This document shows, in pieces, positions 44,501-54,127 of a stretch of 64,000 nucleotides of DNA (within the stretch, counting starts at the first letter, position 1; each line of letters opens with the position of its first letter). Under the pieces are notes generated by a model, which saw nothing but the letters and a program-made list of their open reading frames with translations, did not search any database and was not told the origin of the DNA. Location: positions 1 to 64,000 of the IMG/VR virus record IMGVR_UViG_3300024259_000010, one strand, 5' to 3'. The translations under genes were made by a program, and so were the position numbers.

Positions 44501-46204
44501 ATGAAAAGTAAATGGATATTTAAAAGCCCCCCTATAGAAGATGTAGATATGGTGTGTAAGCTAACAGGTATGCCTCATCCAATCGCTAAACACTTAGCAA
44601 GCATTGGAATGACCACCAATGAAAAGTTAGAAGAATACTTACATCCTAACTACTCTAAACTTCTAGACCCGTTTGATATTCCAGTGATGGAAGATGCATG
44701 TACTAGAATTTGGAAATGTATTTTGGAGAATAAACTCATCTTAGTATATGGAGATTATGATGTAGATGGTATTACATCGTCTGCTTTACTAACACGAGCA
44801 CTTAAGAAACTTAATGCTAATGTAGATGTATTTGTACCATCTAGGAAAGATGGATATGGATTCTCCATTCCAACTATGGAAAAGGTATTAAAAGATTTAG
44901 ATCCAACATTAGTGATAACAGTTGACTGTGGTATTAATTCTAAAGACACTGCTGATTTCTTAGAATCAAAAGGTATTGATGTTATTATTACAGATCATCA
45001 TGAACCTGATGAAACAGTAGCCCTTCCTCATTTGATCATTAACCCTAAACTCTTTGACATCCCAAGAATCTTGAATATGTCTGGAGCCGGTGTAGCGTTT
45101 AAATTAGTCCAAGGAATATTGGACTTTGGTCGACGCTATAAGCACGCTGGGTCGTTTGAGACTGACTGCCTTGACTTCATTGATATTGCCACTCTAGGAA
45201 CTGTTGCAGATATTGTACCACTCCAAGAAGAGAATCGTATTATTGCTAATGAAGGTCTTAAGGTAATGCCTACGACTAAGAATCCAGGTATTAAAGCATT
45301 GTTAAATCTTTGCGGACTCTATGATAAAGTAGATGCCTCAAATATTAGTTTCAAGCTTGCACCTAGAATCAATGCCGTTGGACGCATGGGTAATCCTCGT
45401 AAAGCATTAGATCTGTTATTGACTGATGATATTTGTGTAGCTAACCAACTTGCTATTGAGATTGATAATCTTAATATTGAGAGACGTATTTTAACTACAT
45501 CTATCGAACAAGAAGCGTTGAAGTATATTGATAAGAATATTGATATTGCTAAAACACGTAGTATTGTTGTGGTTGATAAATGGGATGATGGTGTGTTAGG
45601 TATTATTGCATCTCGTATTACAGAGAAATATAATATCCCAGCTATTGTTATGACGTTGGATGAAGAGAAAGGTGTTGCTAAAGGATCATGTCGTAGTGTT
45701 GACCAAATCAGTATCCTTGATGGACTGAACATGTGTAGTGATTTACTTACACGTTTTGGTGGACATAAATACGCGGCTGGATTAGAACTACCTATTGCGA
45801 ACTTAGAAGAGTTTACCAAGAAGATTGATATTGCTATTAGAACACAAGTGCCTGATAATGTTATCCTTGAACCTAAGATTAAAGTAACCTCATTGATTGA
45901 AGAGTCCGATGTTAACTGGGACTTCATTGAAAATGTAAATAAACTTGAACCATTTGGTTATGATAATCAAGAACCTAGATGGTGTTTGAAAGAAGTAAAG
46001 ATTATTTATTCTAAGTTAATTAATGATAAACATCTGCAATTAACATTAGATATAAATGGTAAACCTGTGAAAGCTATTATGTTTAATTACAACGTAGCTA
46101 TTGATTCGGGAACATATGTTGATCTAGTATTCTACCTTAAGGAGAATAACTGGAAAGGTAATATGTCTATCCAACTACACATTATTGATTTAGATATTGT
46201 TTAA
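44501..46204 (+). CDS. recJ: Single-stranded-DNA-specific exonuclease RecJ
   Basis: GDYDVDG, ITVDCG, TDHHE, LGTVADIVPL, APRINAVGR, GSCRS, GGHKYAAG. Confidence 0.97.
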   Translation: MKSKWIFKSPPIEDVDMVCKLTGMPHPIAKHLASIGMTTNEKLEEYLHPNYSKLLDPFDIPVMEDACTRIWKCILENKLILVYGDYDVDGITSSALLTRALKKLNANVDVFVPSRKDGYGFSIPTMEKVLKDLDPTLVITVDCGINSKDTADFLESKGIDVIITDHHEPDETVALPHLIINPKLFDIPRILNMSGAGVAFKLVQGILDFGRRYKHAGSFETDCLDFIDIATLGTVADIVPLQEENRIIANEGLKVMPTTKNPGIKALLNLCGLYDKVDASNISFKLAPRINAVGRMGNPRKALDLLLTDDICVANQLAIEIDNLNIERRILTTSIEQEALKYIDKNIDIAKTRSIVVVDKWDDGVLGIIASRITEKYNIPAIVMTLDEEKGVAKGSCRSVDQISILDGLNMCSDLLTRFGGHKYAAGLELPIANLEEFTKKIDIAIRTQVPDNVILEPKIKVTSLIEESDVNWDFIENVNKLEPFGYDNQEPRWCLKEVKIIYSKLINDKHLQLTLDINGKPVKAIMFNYNVAIDSGTYVDLVFYLKENNWKGNMSIQLHIIDLDIV

Positions 46205-46347
46205 GATGGATAAGAATATAGAAGTAGTGGCTTGGTAGTGTTTCTCATGTGGTCAACGTGCTACAGATAGTGAGATCTGTTTTGGATGTAATGAACCAAA
46301 TATCCAGCCACAGCATAAATGAATATTAAAAGGAGTACAGAATTAAA

Positions 46348-47886
46348 ATGGAAGAAGTTAAGAACATTGTAGAAGTCGAATCATTGTCAGAACTAAAGAT
46401 TCTTGTCAATGGAAAAAAGCATGTTGTAGTAAAGTTATGGGCACCTTGGTGTGGTCCTTGTAAAACCTTTGCACCTATTGTAAACAAAGTTAACAGTGAA
46501 CTCGAATTAGACGTAAGTATTGTTGGAGTAGATGTTGATGCTGTCCCGATTGTTGCGGCTGTGTATGGAGTACGTAGTATTCCTACTCTACTAATGTTTG
46601 AAGATGGCGAATGTAGGAAACAGATTCAAGGTATAGTTCCTGAGCACCAGCTCAAAGAACTTATCGCTGATTTTGTTAATGGTGTAGAAGAAGAATTAAC
46701 TGAGGAGGTACAAGTTGAAAAACCCATTGATACAGTTGAAACTGAAGTTGAAGTCGCTACAGAGAGTCAGACAGATGAGAAGGGAACGCACCAAGATGAT
46801 GATGAATCGGATGTGGTTGGAGAATTAGAAGAAGCTCCATCTATTCCTGAAGAAGTCGTCGAGGCTGAAGTACCAGGTGATAGTGAACCACCATCGGTGA
46901 AGCAGGAAGGATCTATCTTTGCCGCCTCTCCCGATGCAACATTAGTTACTGAAGAAACTCCAGGTATTGGTAAGGTGACTGCTATTGAACGTGGTGATGA
47001 AGGAACTGTATTAGATGTGCCCAATCAAGAGCAAGGGACTGTGTCAGATGTTAAGGTTGAAAACAGAGCATTGACTGAAAAAGAGATACAGGAAGAACTT
47101 GATGCTGTTAAGCCTATTGATGTTGTAATACACCCTGAGTTGCTTACTAAAGATGAGGTAGTGGAAGAAGCAGTTGCCACTAGTGATCGTGTTAAGCAAA
47201 CCTCACCAGGTATTGTATTACCTACTGAAGATGAAACAGTTCTTGAATGTCCTATCCAAGATTGTGCCTATAATGAAGCTTGTGAATGTGCATTTGCTGA
47301 AGCTACTATTCAGACTATTGCACCACCATGTGGTAATGTACCGAATGAATGTCCTGCAGTAATTAATAATACCTCAGATCAAGAAAAATCACTACCACCT
47401 GATCAAGATTGGAATGAAGAAAAAGATATTGATGTAGATCGTCGTCATAATCATTTCAAGATTAAAGCAACAGCTGCACATGTTCACGCTATGTATCAAG
47501 ATCATGAACACTATCATGAAGGCGATGCTGGATTGGATCTATTCATTGCTGAAGATCAGATTATCCCAGTTGGTCTTGGTAACAAGATTGATCTATGTAT
47601 TGTCTGTGAACCGGAAGATGGTATTGCATATGAGCTATGGCCTCGTAGTAGTATCTCTAAGACTCCTCTCCGTCTTGCCAATAGTATTGGTTTGATTGAT
47701 GGTGGTTACCGTGGACACATCATGGCTGTGGTTGATAACTTTGGTCCAGTTGGCTATGAGATTAACGCTGGTACTCGTTTGTTCCAACTTGTTGCTGCTG
47801 ATAAGATGCCTATTACATTTGAGATGGTAACTGAAGTATCAGAGACCGCTCGTGGTACAGGTGGGTTCGGTAGTACTGGAGCTTAA
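46348..47886 (+). CDS. dut: Thioredoxin - acidic linker - Cys-rich module - dUTPase fusion
   Basis: N-terminal WAPWCGPC; C-terminal AGLDL, PRSS, GLIDGGYRG, QLV, RGTGGFGSTG; a single 512-aa ORF. Confidence 0.92.
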   Translation: MEEVKNIVEVESLSELKILVNGKKHVVVKLWAPWCGPCKTFAPIVNKVNSELELDVSIVGVDVDAVPIVAAVYGVRSIPTLLMFEDGECRKQIQGIVPEHQLKELIADFVNGVEEELTEEVQVEKPIDTVETEVEVATESQTDEKGTHQDDDESDVVGELEEAPSIPEEVVEAEVPGDSEPPSVKQEGSIFAASPDATLVTEETPGIGKVTAIERGDEGTVLDVPNQEQGTVSDVKVENRALTEKEIQEELDAVKPIDVVIHPELLTKDEVVEEAVATSDRVKQTSPGIVLPTEDETVLECPIQDCAYNEACECAFAEATIQTIAPPCGNVPNECPAVINNTSDQEKSLPPDQDWNEEKDIDVDRRHNHFKIKATAAHVHAMYQDHEHYHEGDAGLDLFIAEDQIIPVGLGNKIDLCIVCEPEDGIAYELWPRSSISKTPLRLANSIGLIDGGYRGHIMAVVDNFGPVGYEINAGTRLFQLVAADKMPITFEMVTEVSETARGTGGFGSTGA

Positions 47887-47894
47887 TTAAATTA

Positions 47895-47940
47895 AATATA
47901 AGATACTACACCGTAATGGTGTAGTATCTTATATTTTTTT
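47895..47940. terminator. Bidirectional terminator hairpin at a convergent junction
   Basis: 18-bp IR with GTAAT loop. Confidence 0.85.
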
Positions 47941-47942
47941 AT

Positions 47943-48722
47943 TTAATCAGCAACAACAGTAACTGTATATACAACACCGTTATCGGTAAACTTAAGAACT
48001 CCACCTACCACAGATAGTGTATCTTCTGCATTAAGCTCAACATCACCAGGTGCAGTAGCAGTATCAACATAAGCCTTAACAGACTCAGCACTAGCTACAT
48101 TAGAATCAGTAGCAGTAGCCATAGTATCGTCATCAATGATAGTAACTAGACCAGTAACTGCCGTAGATAAATCCTCCGCTACTGTAACAGGTGGGCCATA
48201 TGGTCCTTGTTCAGTTTCTCCATTTCCAATCGCGAAACCCGCCTGTGTAAGATCTATGTCGGTGTGTCTTGCCCAATCCCCAACTTTAGAGCCTAGCGTG
48301 TCACTAACATACCATCTATCAGTCGCCCACCAGAATGTCTTCGTAGCCCCTACGTAAACATTTTCCCCATTATACTGAGTCTCGGCTGTAGGGTATACAC
48401 CTGCTGGTATTCTAGCGTCACCGCCTGTTACAACAATACCAATAGTTTGTCCTCCCACAGCAGCTGCTGGTGTAGCATCAGTGATAGCTGTCTCTAAAGC
48501 ATTAGACACAACTAGGTCTGCTGCAATATATGCATCTGCAGTAGCTACAACGTTAGTAAGTTCTGCAAGATCAACCCCTGATGAGATCAACCGACCAGTA
48601 TGTGCGCTAACAACTGGGATATCACCTGGTACAAGCCTAATCCCTTTAATATTTCTAGTTTGCCCCATGGCACCACCTGCGATTAAGCAAGCTAATGTAA
48701 TTAGTAATCCTGTCTTCTTCAT
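47943..48722 (-). CDS. Signal-peptide-bearing, Thr/Ala/Val-rich protein (virion fibre-like)
   Basis: MKKTGLLITLACLIAGGAMG signal; PVVSAHTGRL shared with 19058-19354. Confidence 0.7.
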   Translation of the reverse strand: MKKTGLLITLACLIAGGAMGQTRNIKGIRLVPGDIPVVSAHTGRLISSGVDLAELTNVVATADAYIAADLVVSNALETAITDATPAAAVGGQTIGIVVTGGDARIPAGVYPTAETQYNGENVYVGATKTFWWATDRWYVSDTLGSKVGDWARHTDIDLTQAGFAIGNGETEQGPYGPPVTVAEDLSTAVTGLVTIIDDDTMATATDSNVASAESVKAYVDTATAPGDVELNAEDTLSVVGGVLKFTDNGVVYTVTVVAD

Positions 48723-48822
48723 AATTATAACCTTTCCTATTCCCACATACTCATACGTCAGTGTCGAGTATTATATGTCTCATATAATGATTCTTTATAT
48801 ATTTAATTTTTTTCATCATTGA

Positions 48823-49515
48823 ATGGGTAAAGTAAAGGATGATTCTACTATGATAAAACTAGTCAAAAAATATTTATTTAGACGCAAGATAGGGCAAGTT
48901 CTCGTAATAAAAGATTGTAAGATTGTTAGTAGACCACAATCTATATTCTTTAATAAGCATACTAAGATGCTGTATAAAAACATAATAGGTAAAGATACTA
49001 TATTAGTATTAGACTTTAAAACTTTTAATAAACTTGAGAGGAATCATATAGATAACTTAAGCTGTAAAGTTGCAGTACTAATAAGTCAGTCACAAAAGAT
49101 AGATTCCGATCTGTACCCAAATATATTGTTTATAGATAACATAGGTAAGATTTTAGATCTCCATTTAGTATTTAGTTCTAAAATTAGAAGTGTGGTCATT
49201 TATGGTTCTAATGATTTTATGCTAGCTACTACACATATGGCCAAGCGTATATTCATAACAGATATGAATGATTCTTTTATTGTATTAGAAGACATAGGTA
49301 AGTTTGCAGGTAGAGACTATATTGAAAAAAGATTATATAACCCATTTGTATACTTTAAATACACTACAACAAAAGTATTTAAAACAGATCCTATATTAGA
49401 TTCAGATAGACCACCTATAGTATCCTATATGTTAAAGAGGGGCTTTAAAGATTTCCTATTTAATAAAACTAAAGTTACAGATTTCAGATTAGCAGATCAA
49501 TTCAATCTCATCTAA
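48823..49515 (+). CDS. Degenerate DHFR-fold protein
   Basis: Segment order ILVLDFKTFNKL / VAVLISQS / VVIYGS / KRIFITDM parallels DHFR; NADPH motifs altered. Confidence 0.5.
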   Translation: MGKVKDDSTMIKLVKKYLFRRKIGQVLVIKDCKIVSRPQSIFFNKHTKMLYKNIIGKDTILVLDFKTFNKLERNHIDNLSCKVAVLISQSQKIDSDLYPNILFIDNIGKILDLHLVFSSKIRSVVIYGSNDFMLATTHMAKRIFITDMNDSFIVLEDIGKFAGRDYIEKRLYNPFVYFKYTTTKVFKTDPILDSDRPPIVSYMLKRGFKDFLFNKTKVTDFRLADQFNLI

Positions 49516-49525
49516 ATTATAAATA

Positions 49526-49533
49526 TATATTAC
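49526..49533 (+). promoter_or_regulatory. Early promoter TATATTAC
   Basis: Exact motif, intergenic. Confidence 0.75.
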
Positions 49534-49603
49534 GAATATGTAGGTTGTTTTAGTAAACATTATATAGTCGAATTAAAATTAACTTACGTATTGGGGGATA
49601 AAG

Positions 49604-50260
49604 ATGAGAGAAATGGTTGACGCAATAGCAAAATCGATGGTGTACTCTGTAGCTAAGAGAATGGATTATACACAGAAAAACTTATTCAAAAAAAATAGAT
49701 CTAAAATTATTTTAGCTGTTCTTTATAAAGACTTTGATGTAATTCTTAGTTTTACTAAAACACAGTTTAAACAATATTGTAGACTATGGTCTGAAGGTGA
49801 TTACAATGGTAGTCAGCCAACTCTCGATGGAAGAAGAATAGTATTTGTATTCTCATTATATGGATTAAAATACATTGCCAGTGTTCCACAGAAAACATTT
49901 GACACAAGAATATGTGATTACTCACAAGAGTTATTACATGATCTATATAATTTCTATGTGGATAAAACAAATGATGAAACTACTATTGTCTATGATGATA
50001 TAGTGGGTATCTATGAACAGTATGTTGTATTTGGAGCTACCTGTGGCACTTCTAAAAAATTCATATATTTCACAAGTCTTGGGGAAGATGATTATACGAT
50101 CGAACAACCTTATGATTTAATTTCTAGTAAATTATTAAAATCCGATATATCTCTTAATATAAAAATATGTAAGATGTATCCAAAGTTTTTTGCTAAATAT
50201 CAAAACCATGTTCTGTATAGACCAATGGTAAAAGTATTTGGTAAGTTGAGTAAAAAATAA
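49604..50260 (+). CDS. Hypothetical protein
   Basis: 218 aa. Confidence 0.75.
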   Translation: MREMVDAIAKSMVYSVAKRMDYTQKNLFKKNRSKIILAVLYKDFDVILSFTKTQFKQYCRLWSEGDYNGSQPTLDGRRIVFVFSLYGLKYIASVPQKTFDTRICDYSQELLHDLYNFYVDKTNDETTIVYDDIVGIYEQYVVFGATCGTSKKFIYFTSLGEDDYTIEQPYDLISSKLLKSDISLNIKICKMYPKFFAKYQNHVLYRPMVKVFGKLSKK

Positions 50261-50294
50261 CATTAACAATAACACATGCAAATAGAGGAGTACC

Positions 50295-51080
50295 ATGCTT
50301 AAGACGAACGTAGATGTATTAGCTGAAACAATCACCGGAGCTATCAAGCACGAGGATATGACAGCGTATATAGGAACAAAGGGTGTATCAACAACCCGTT
50401 ATATTTTATTCACAAAAGGTGATGAGAAATTGTTGTTTCATAATATTAATGAATTGGTTGTACAATATTGTATCATGAAGAAGGATAATAACATTGTTGG
50501 TATTATCCGTCAACTAGTTGAAAATTGGGTAAACGGTGGAAAGCCTAATCCTATCAACGTATGCGATATGGTTATATCAGTTGTATTTAGCGCATTGCTA
50601 AAAGAATGTAAAGACCTACCAGAAGATAAATCTGAAAAGATTTTACAAACATGTAAAATTCTTGCTGGTACAAACCCAAGAAATCTTAAATCAATTGTAG
50701 ATGCATTTGCTCTATACACCTCGGGATGTTTCGACACCCGTATTGTACAAGGACGTGCTAATAACTATTTGAATTATCCAGATAGTCGTAACAAATTTGA
50801 TGCAAGAGGATTCTGTGCAGACACAACTATTCCTGTGTTTGGTATCATCAAAGATCAGCGTATTCGTTTCCCTAAGGAAATTCCAGCTGCTTTTGATATC
50901 AAGACTGAACATGGTGAAGACATTGAACGCATTTCTAAGGATCTTGCAGTTGAACCTATTGTACTCATGTATGCATGTGTTATTGTTAATAAGCATAATA
51001 CCATAGAATTCCTATGTGATGAGTATAATGTCTGTACACCAGCGGATGAAAATAAATTAAAAGAACTGATGAATCTTTAA
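50295..51080 (+). CDS. Hypothetical protein
   Basis: 261 aa, GAGGAG RBS. Confidence 0.85.
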   Translation: MLKTNVDVLAETITGAIKHEDMTAYIGTKGVSTTRYILFTKGDEKLLFHNINELVVQYCIMKKDNNIVGIIRQLVENWVNGGKPNPINVCDMVISVVFSALLKECKDLPEDKSEKILQTCKILAGTNPRNLKSIVDAFALYTSGCFDTRIVQGRANNYLNYPDSRNKFDARGFCADTTIPVFGIIKDQRIRFPKEIPAAFDIKTEHGEDIERISKDLAVEPIVLMYACVIVNKHNTIEFLCDEYNVCTPADENKLKELMNL

Positions 51081-51243
51081 ATTTAAAGTAATAGAATGAA
51101 TATACACATTACCATAATATAGAATGTTTTTCATTACGACATTTCTTGTTTGTTGGTATATATGTTCCTTCTTATATACTTATGTCATATATCAATTAGC
51201 TTGTACTCCGAGTTGATATATAGACAGTCCGCTCGTTGAGCGT

Positions 51244-51292
51244 CCTACACGTACTAGCTTAATTGCTAGTACGTGTAGGTTTTTCTTTTTTT
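51244..51292 (+). terminator. Rho-independent terminator
   Basis: 15-bp IR CCTACACGTACTAGC/GCTAGTACGTGTAGG plus poly-T. Confidence 0.85.
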
Positions 51293-51314
51293 GTAGTTCA
51301 ATGTTCTACAGGTA

Positions 51315-51322
51315 TATATTAC
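51315..51322 (+). promoter_or_regulatory. Early promoter TATATTAC
   Basis: Exact motif, intergenic. Confidence 0.8.
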
Positions 51323-51359
51323 TTTAATGTATTAGCTAATTTAAACAAAGGAGTTATAT

Positions 51360-51629
51360 ATGGAAAAGGTAAATATTACTATTGAAACTGGTTCAGTCAC
51401 AACCACCGATTTATATATGGAACCATCGCATAAAGTGATGGAGGTAGCACAGAAGCTATCTATTGCATATCCTGGTTGCACTGTTAATGTGCAGTTGTTT
51501 GTCAGGATTCGTCGATCATACAAAGATGGTGAGATCGTATCAAGTCGCCCTGACTTAACTGAGTTCTACACAGATGTCTCGGAAGAGGATAAGTGGACCT
51601 GGTCGATGTTTGGACAGGAAAAGGAATAG
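51360..51629 (+). CDS. Hypothetical protein
   Basis: 89 aa, AAGGAG RBS. Confidence 0.75.
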   Translation: MEKVNITIETGSVTTTDLYMEPSHKVMEVAQKLSIAYPGCTVNVQLFVRIRRSYKDGEIVSSRPDLTEFYTDVSEEDKWTWSMFGQEKE

Positions 51630-51838
51630 GTAATCTGGGGTCTAACCAACCCCTAATAATTTTCTCACATAAGTATAATAATAAATAAGGAGATAGCAAT
51701 GAATAAGGTATATACTAATGAGTCCACAACAGATCAAGTACTAGATAGTCTATTAGACGCTTTTCTAGGAAGTATCTGGAAGTAAGAAAAATAAATAATC
51801 TTGGGGGAGATTATTTTTTTTCATTCTTATTATAAGTA

Positions 51839-51846
51839 TATATTAC
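51839..51846 (+). promoter_or_regulatory. Early promoter TATATTAC
   Basis: Exact motif, intergenic. Confidence 0.8.
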
Positions 51847-51890
51847 TTTTTTGTATCAATGAATCTAATTTAAACTAAGAAAGGTAATTT

Positions 51891-52307
51891 ATGAGTTGTT
51901 CAACATACGTAATTATAGCCAATGTATTCTACATGATTAGTGTAATATCTGCTGTAGCGGTAGTAATCTGGTTAATTATAACAAGTAGTAAAACCAGTAA
52001 GCGTAGTTGTGTAGTACGTTCTGTTTCTGTTTCATTCTTAACTATAGCTTTCTCATGTTTTAGTATTTCAATAACAGCTAATACACATTGTAAAGAAATC
52101 ATATTAGACTGTTCAGATGACTGGACGGTATTTGTAAGTAATGATTCATCTATAGATATGTATAAACAGAAATATGTTTTAGCTGCAATATCTGTACTTG
52201 AATTTGAAGCTAATGGAGACGCATTGATCATAGTAGATAGTATAACACGATTCAGAGATTCATGTGAAATTGCACAGTATAACACAGACCGTTTATATAA
52301 CTTTTAA
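51891..52307 (+). CDS. Membrane protein (2 TM)
   Basis: 138 aa. Confidence 0.7.
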   Translation: MSCSTYVIIANVFYMISVISAVAVVIWLIITSSKTSKRSCVVRSVSVSFLTIAFSCFSISITANTHCKEIILDCSDDWTVFVSNDSSIDMYKQKYVLAAISVLEFEANGDALIIVDSITRFRDSCEIAQYNTDRLYNF

Positions 52308-52324
52308 ACTTAAGGGATAATAGT

Positions 52325-52453
52325 ATGACAAATGAAGTAATTACAGTAGCAACAGAAGCCGTACAGAATAGTGAAGCCATTGGTTGGCCTGCAGCTATTA
52401 TGTGGTCTTGTATTGCATTTTCAGTAGCATATGTATTAGGTAAACTATTTTAG
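52325..52453 (+). CDS. Small membrane protein (42 aa)
   Basis: GGGA RBS; one TM segment. Confidence 0.5.
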   Translation: MTNEVITVATEAVQNSEAIGWPAAIMWSCIAFSVAYVLGKLF

Positions 52454-52517
52454 TATGAAGTAATATCTTTTTGGGGTTTATAATAATAAACAAACTTAAC
52501 CCCGAAAGGAAAGTCTC

Positions 52518-52835
52518 ATGAGAGAATCTTCGTATTATCAGGAATCCGCAATGCAAAGTGAATCATCTACCAATGGTTCATTATACAACATGGTCATCGA
52601 ATCGCATACTGAGTATAAAGGCACACATTGTGTAGTACTTGCAAAGTATGCGAATCATAGTAACTTTGGTGGACTTAAATTAATGGTCCTCAAAGGAACT
52701 GGAGTTCCACCATTCAACCAAGATCCGCACTTCTTTGAAGATGCGCGAGTACTTGCACGGTTCATACCAACTGACAAGGGTATGGAAATGGCAAAGTTAT
52801 TTGCCGAAGCACTAGATCTCCAAAAACCTTGGTAG
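52518..52835 (+). CDS. Phage hypothetical protein
   Basis: 105 aa; DPHFFED..VLARFIPT..G motif. Confidence 0.75.
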   Translation: MRESSYYQESAMQSESSTNGSLYNMVIESHTEYKGTHCVVLAKYANHSNFGGLKLMVLKGTGVPPFNQDPHFFEDARVLARFIPTDKGMEMAKLFAEALDLQKPW

Positions 52836-52879
52836 ATCTAATCATGGGGTGTTAATACCACCCCTTACAATTTTAAAAC

Positions 52880-53308
52880 GGGCCTGCCTGGTTTCGACAG
52901 TACAATGGAATTCATAACTACAAGTAGAGGATGATCGTCGGCCTCTTTAAACATCGGTCAACAATTAGTTGGAACGAAAGTGATCAACTTCCCTAGTGCT
53001 CGCGCTCTTGCAGCGTAATCACGTCCCTTTTAATTAAGGGAGGGCTTGAGGATACCTAGAATTCTCTGGGATGAAGTATCTTCTAACTTAGGTATACCCA
53101 AAGAGGTGTGCTTAATACAATTAAGCAGAGAGCCCTATAGCAGCAATGCTATTTAAATAGTTAGGATCACTATATGGAAAAGAGATCTGAGTGTGAGTAG
53201 TGCTGTATATACTATTTGGTTTACTAGTAAAGTAAAACTAGGTAAAAACTTGTAACAACGTTATGTTGGAAATTATATTGGACGAGGGTTCGACTCCCTC
53301 CAGGTCCA
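52880..53308 (+). ncRNA. ssrA: tmRNA; tag (A)GTKVINFPSARALAA at 52971-53018
   Basis: 5' GGGCCTGCCTGGTTTCGACAG; 3' GGACGAGGGTTCGACTCCCTCCAGGTCCA with a G3-U wobble; P2 pairings TACAAGT/ACTTGTA and ATAAC/GTTAT; internal ORF ending ALAA-stop. Confidence 0.95.
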
Positions 53309-53390
53309 AATCCACAATAATTACTGCCTCCACGCGGCGTGGGTTGGATACTATACTTAGGTATAGGCTAAATGTAATAAGAAAGGAATA

Positions 53391-53909
53391 ATGATGAGTA
53401 AGATTAATGATACTGTTGTTATAGCATATACTAAAGGGTATAGAGTGCTTGATAATGGTGTTGTTAAAAGCCACATGGGTACTCTAAGAAAAACTATAAA
53501 CCATGGTGGGTATGAGAAGGTTAATGTAGATATTGGTAACAGTAAAAAGTTTCCAGTACCTGTACATAAACTTCAAGCCTACCAGAAGTTTGGAGAAGAG
53601 GTATTCCATGAAGATGTGCAAGTTAGACATCTAGATGGTGACTCAACGAACAATGAATCAGACAATATATCAATAGGATCGGCAAGTGATAATGCTATGG
53701 ACAAACCAGAATCATTGAGAAAATCACAAGCTCGTAGAGCAAGTCATTCCAGTAAAGATATTATATCGGTTGAAACTTGGCTTATGGTTGACGAGCATCA
53801 ACGTGGTGGATGTAGCTACAGTGAACTGTCATTGATATTCGGTATATCTAAATCTACATTATCATATCACTATTCACAAACTGCTAAGCGAACAGCATTG
53901 TCTGCTTAG
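53391..53909 (+). CDS. HNH homing endonuclease with C-terminal HTH
   Basis: VHKLQAY, VRHLDGDSTNN...N...GSASDN; C-terminal SYSELSLIFGISKSTL. Confidence 0.88.
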   Translation: MMSKINDTVVIAYTKGYRVLDNGVVKSHMGTLRKTINHGGYEKVNVDIGNSKKFPVPVHKLQAYQKFGEEVFHEDVQVRHLDGDSTNNESDNISIGSASDNAMDKPESLRKSQARRASHSSKDIISVETWLMVDEHQRGGCSYSELSLIFGISKSTLSYHYSQTAKRTALSA

Positions 53910-53985
53910 TCCACCATCTTCTCTCCTTGTATCCTTCTCCTGTCCTTTGAGGCAGTGCTAGGATTGGAGAGAGTCTTATTTTAAT

Positions 53986-54127
53986 GGATGAGTGACAGAA
54001 GTAATGTAGGCAAGCCGGATAGTGACCGGACAGTACCAGACGGTACCAATCAAAAATAGATTGATTGAGTTGAAGCCGCTAGTAATCGGTTCTAGTATGT
54101 AGGTGTCAAATCCTACCTCATCCATCA
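53986..54127 (+). ncRNA. tRNA-like RNA with an expanded multi-hairpin anticodon domain (142 nt)
   Basis: Acceptor GGATGAG/CTCATCC plus A, D-like ACA/TGT, variable arm CTAG/CTAG, T-like GTAGG-TGTCAAAT-CCTAC; three hairpins replace the anticodon loop. Confidence 0.6.

Noticed and set aside
51085-51243. Possible additional ncRNA before the 51244 terminator
   Set aside because: The stems are mostly AT-only and could arise by chance; support is too weak.
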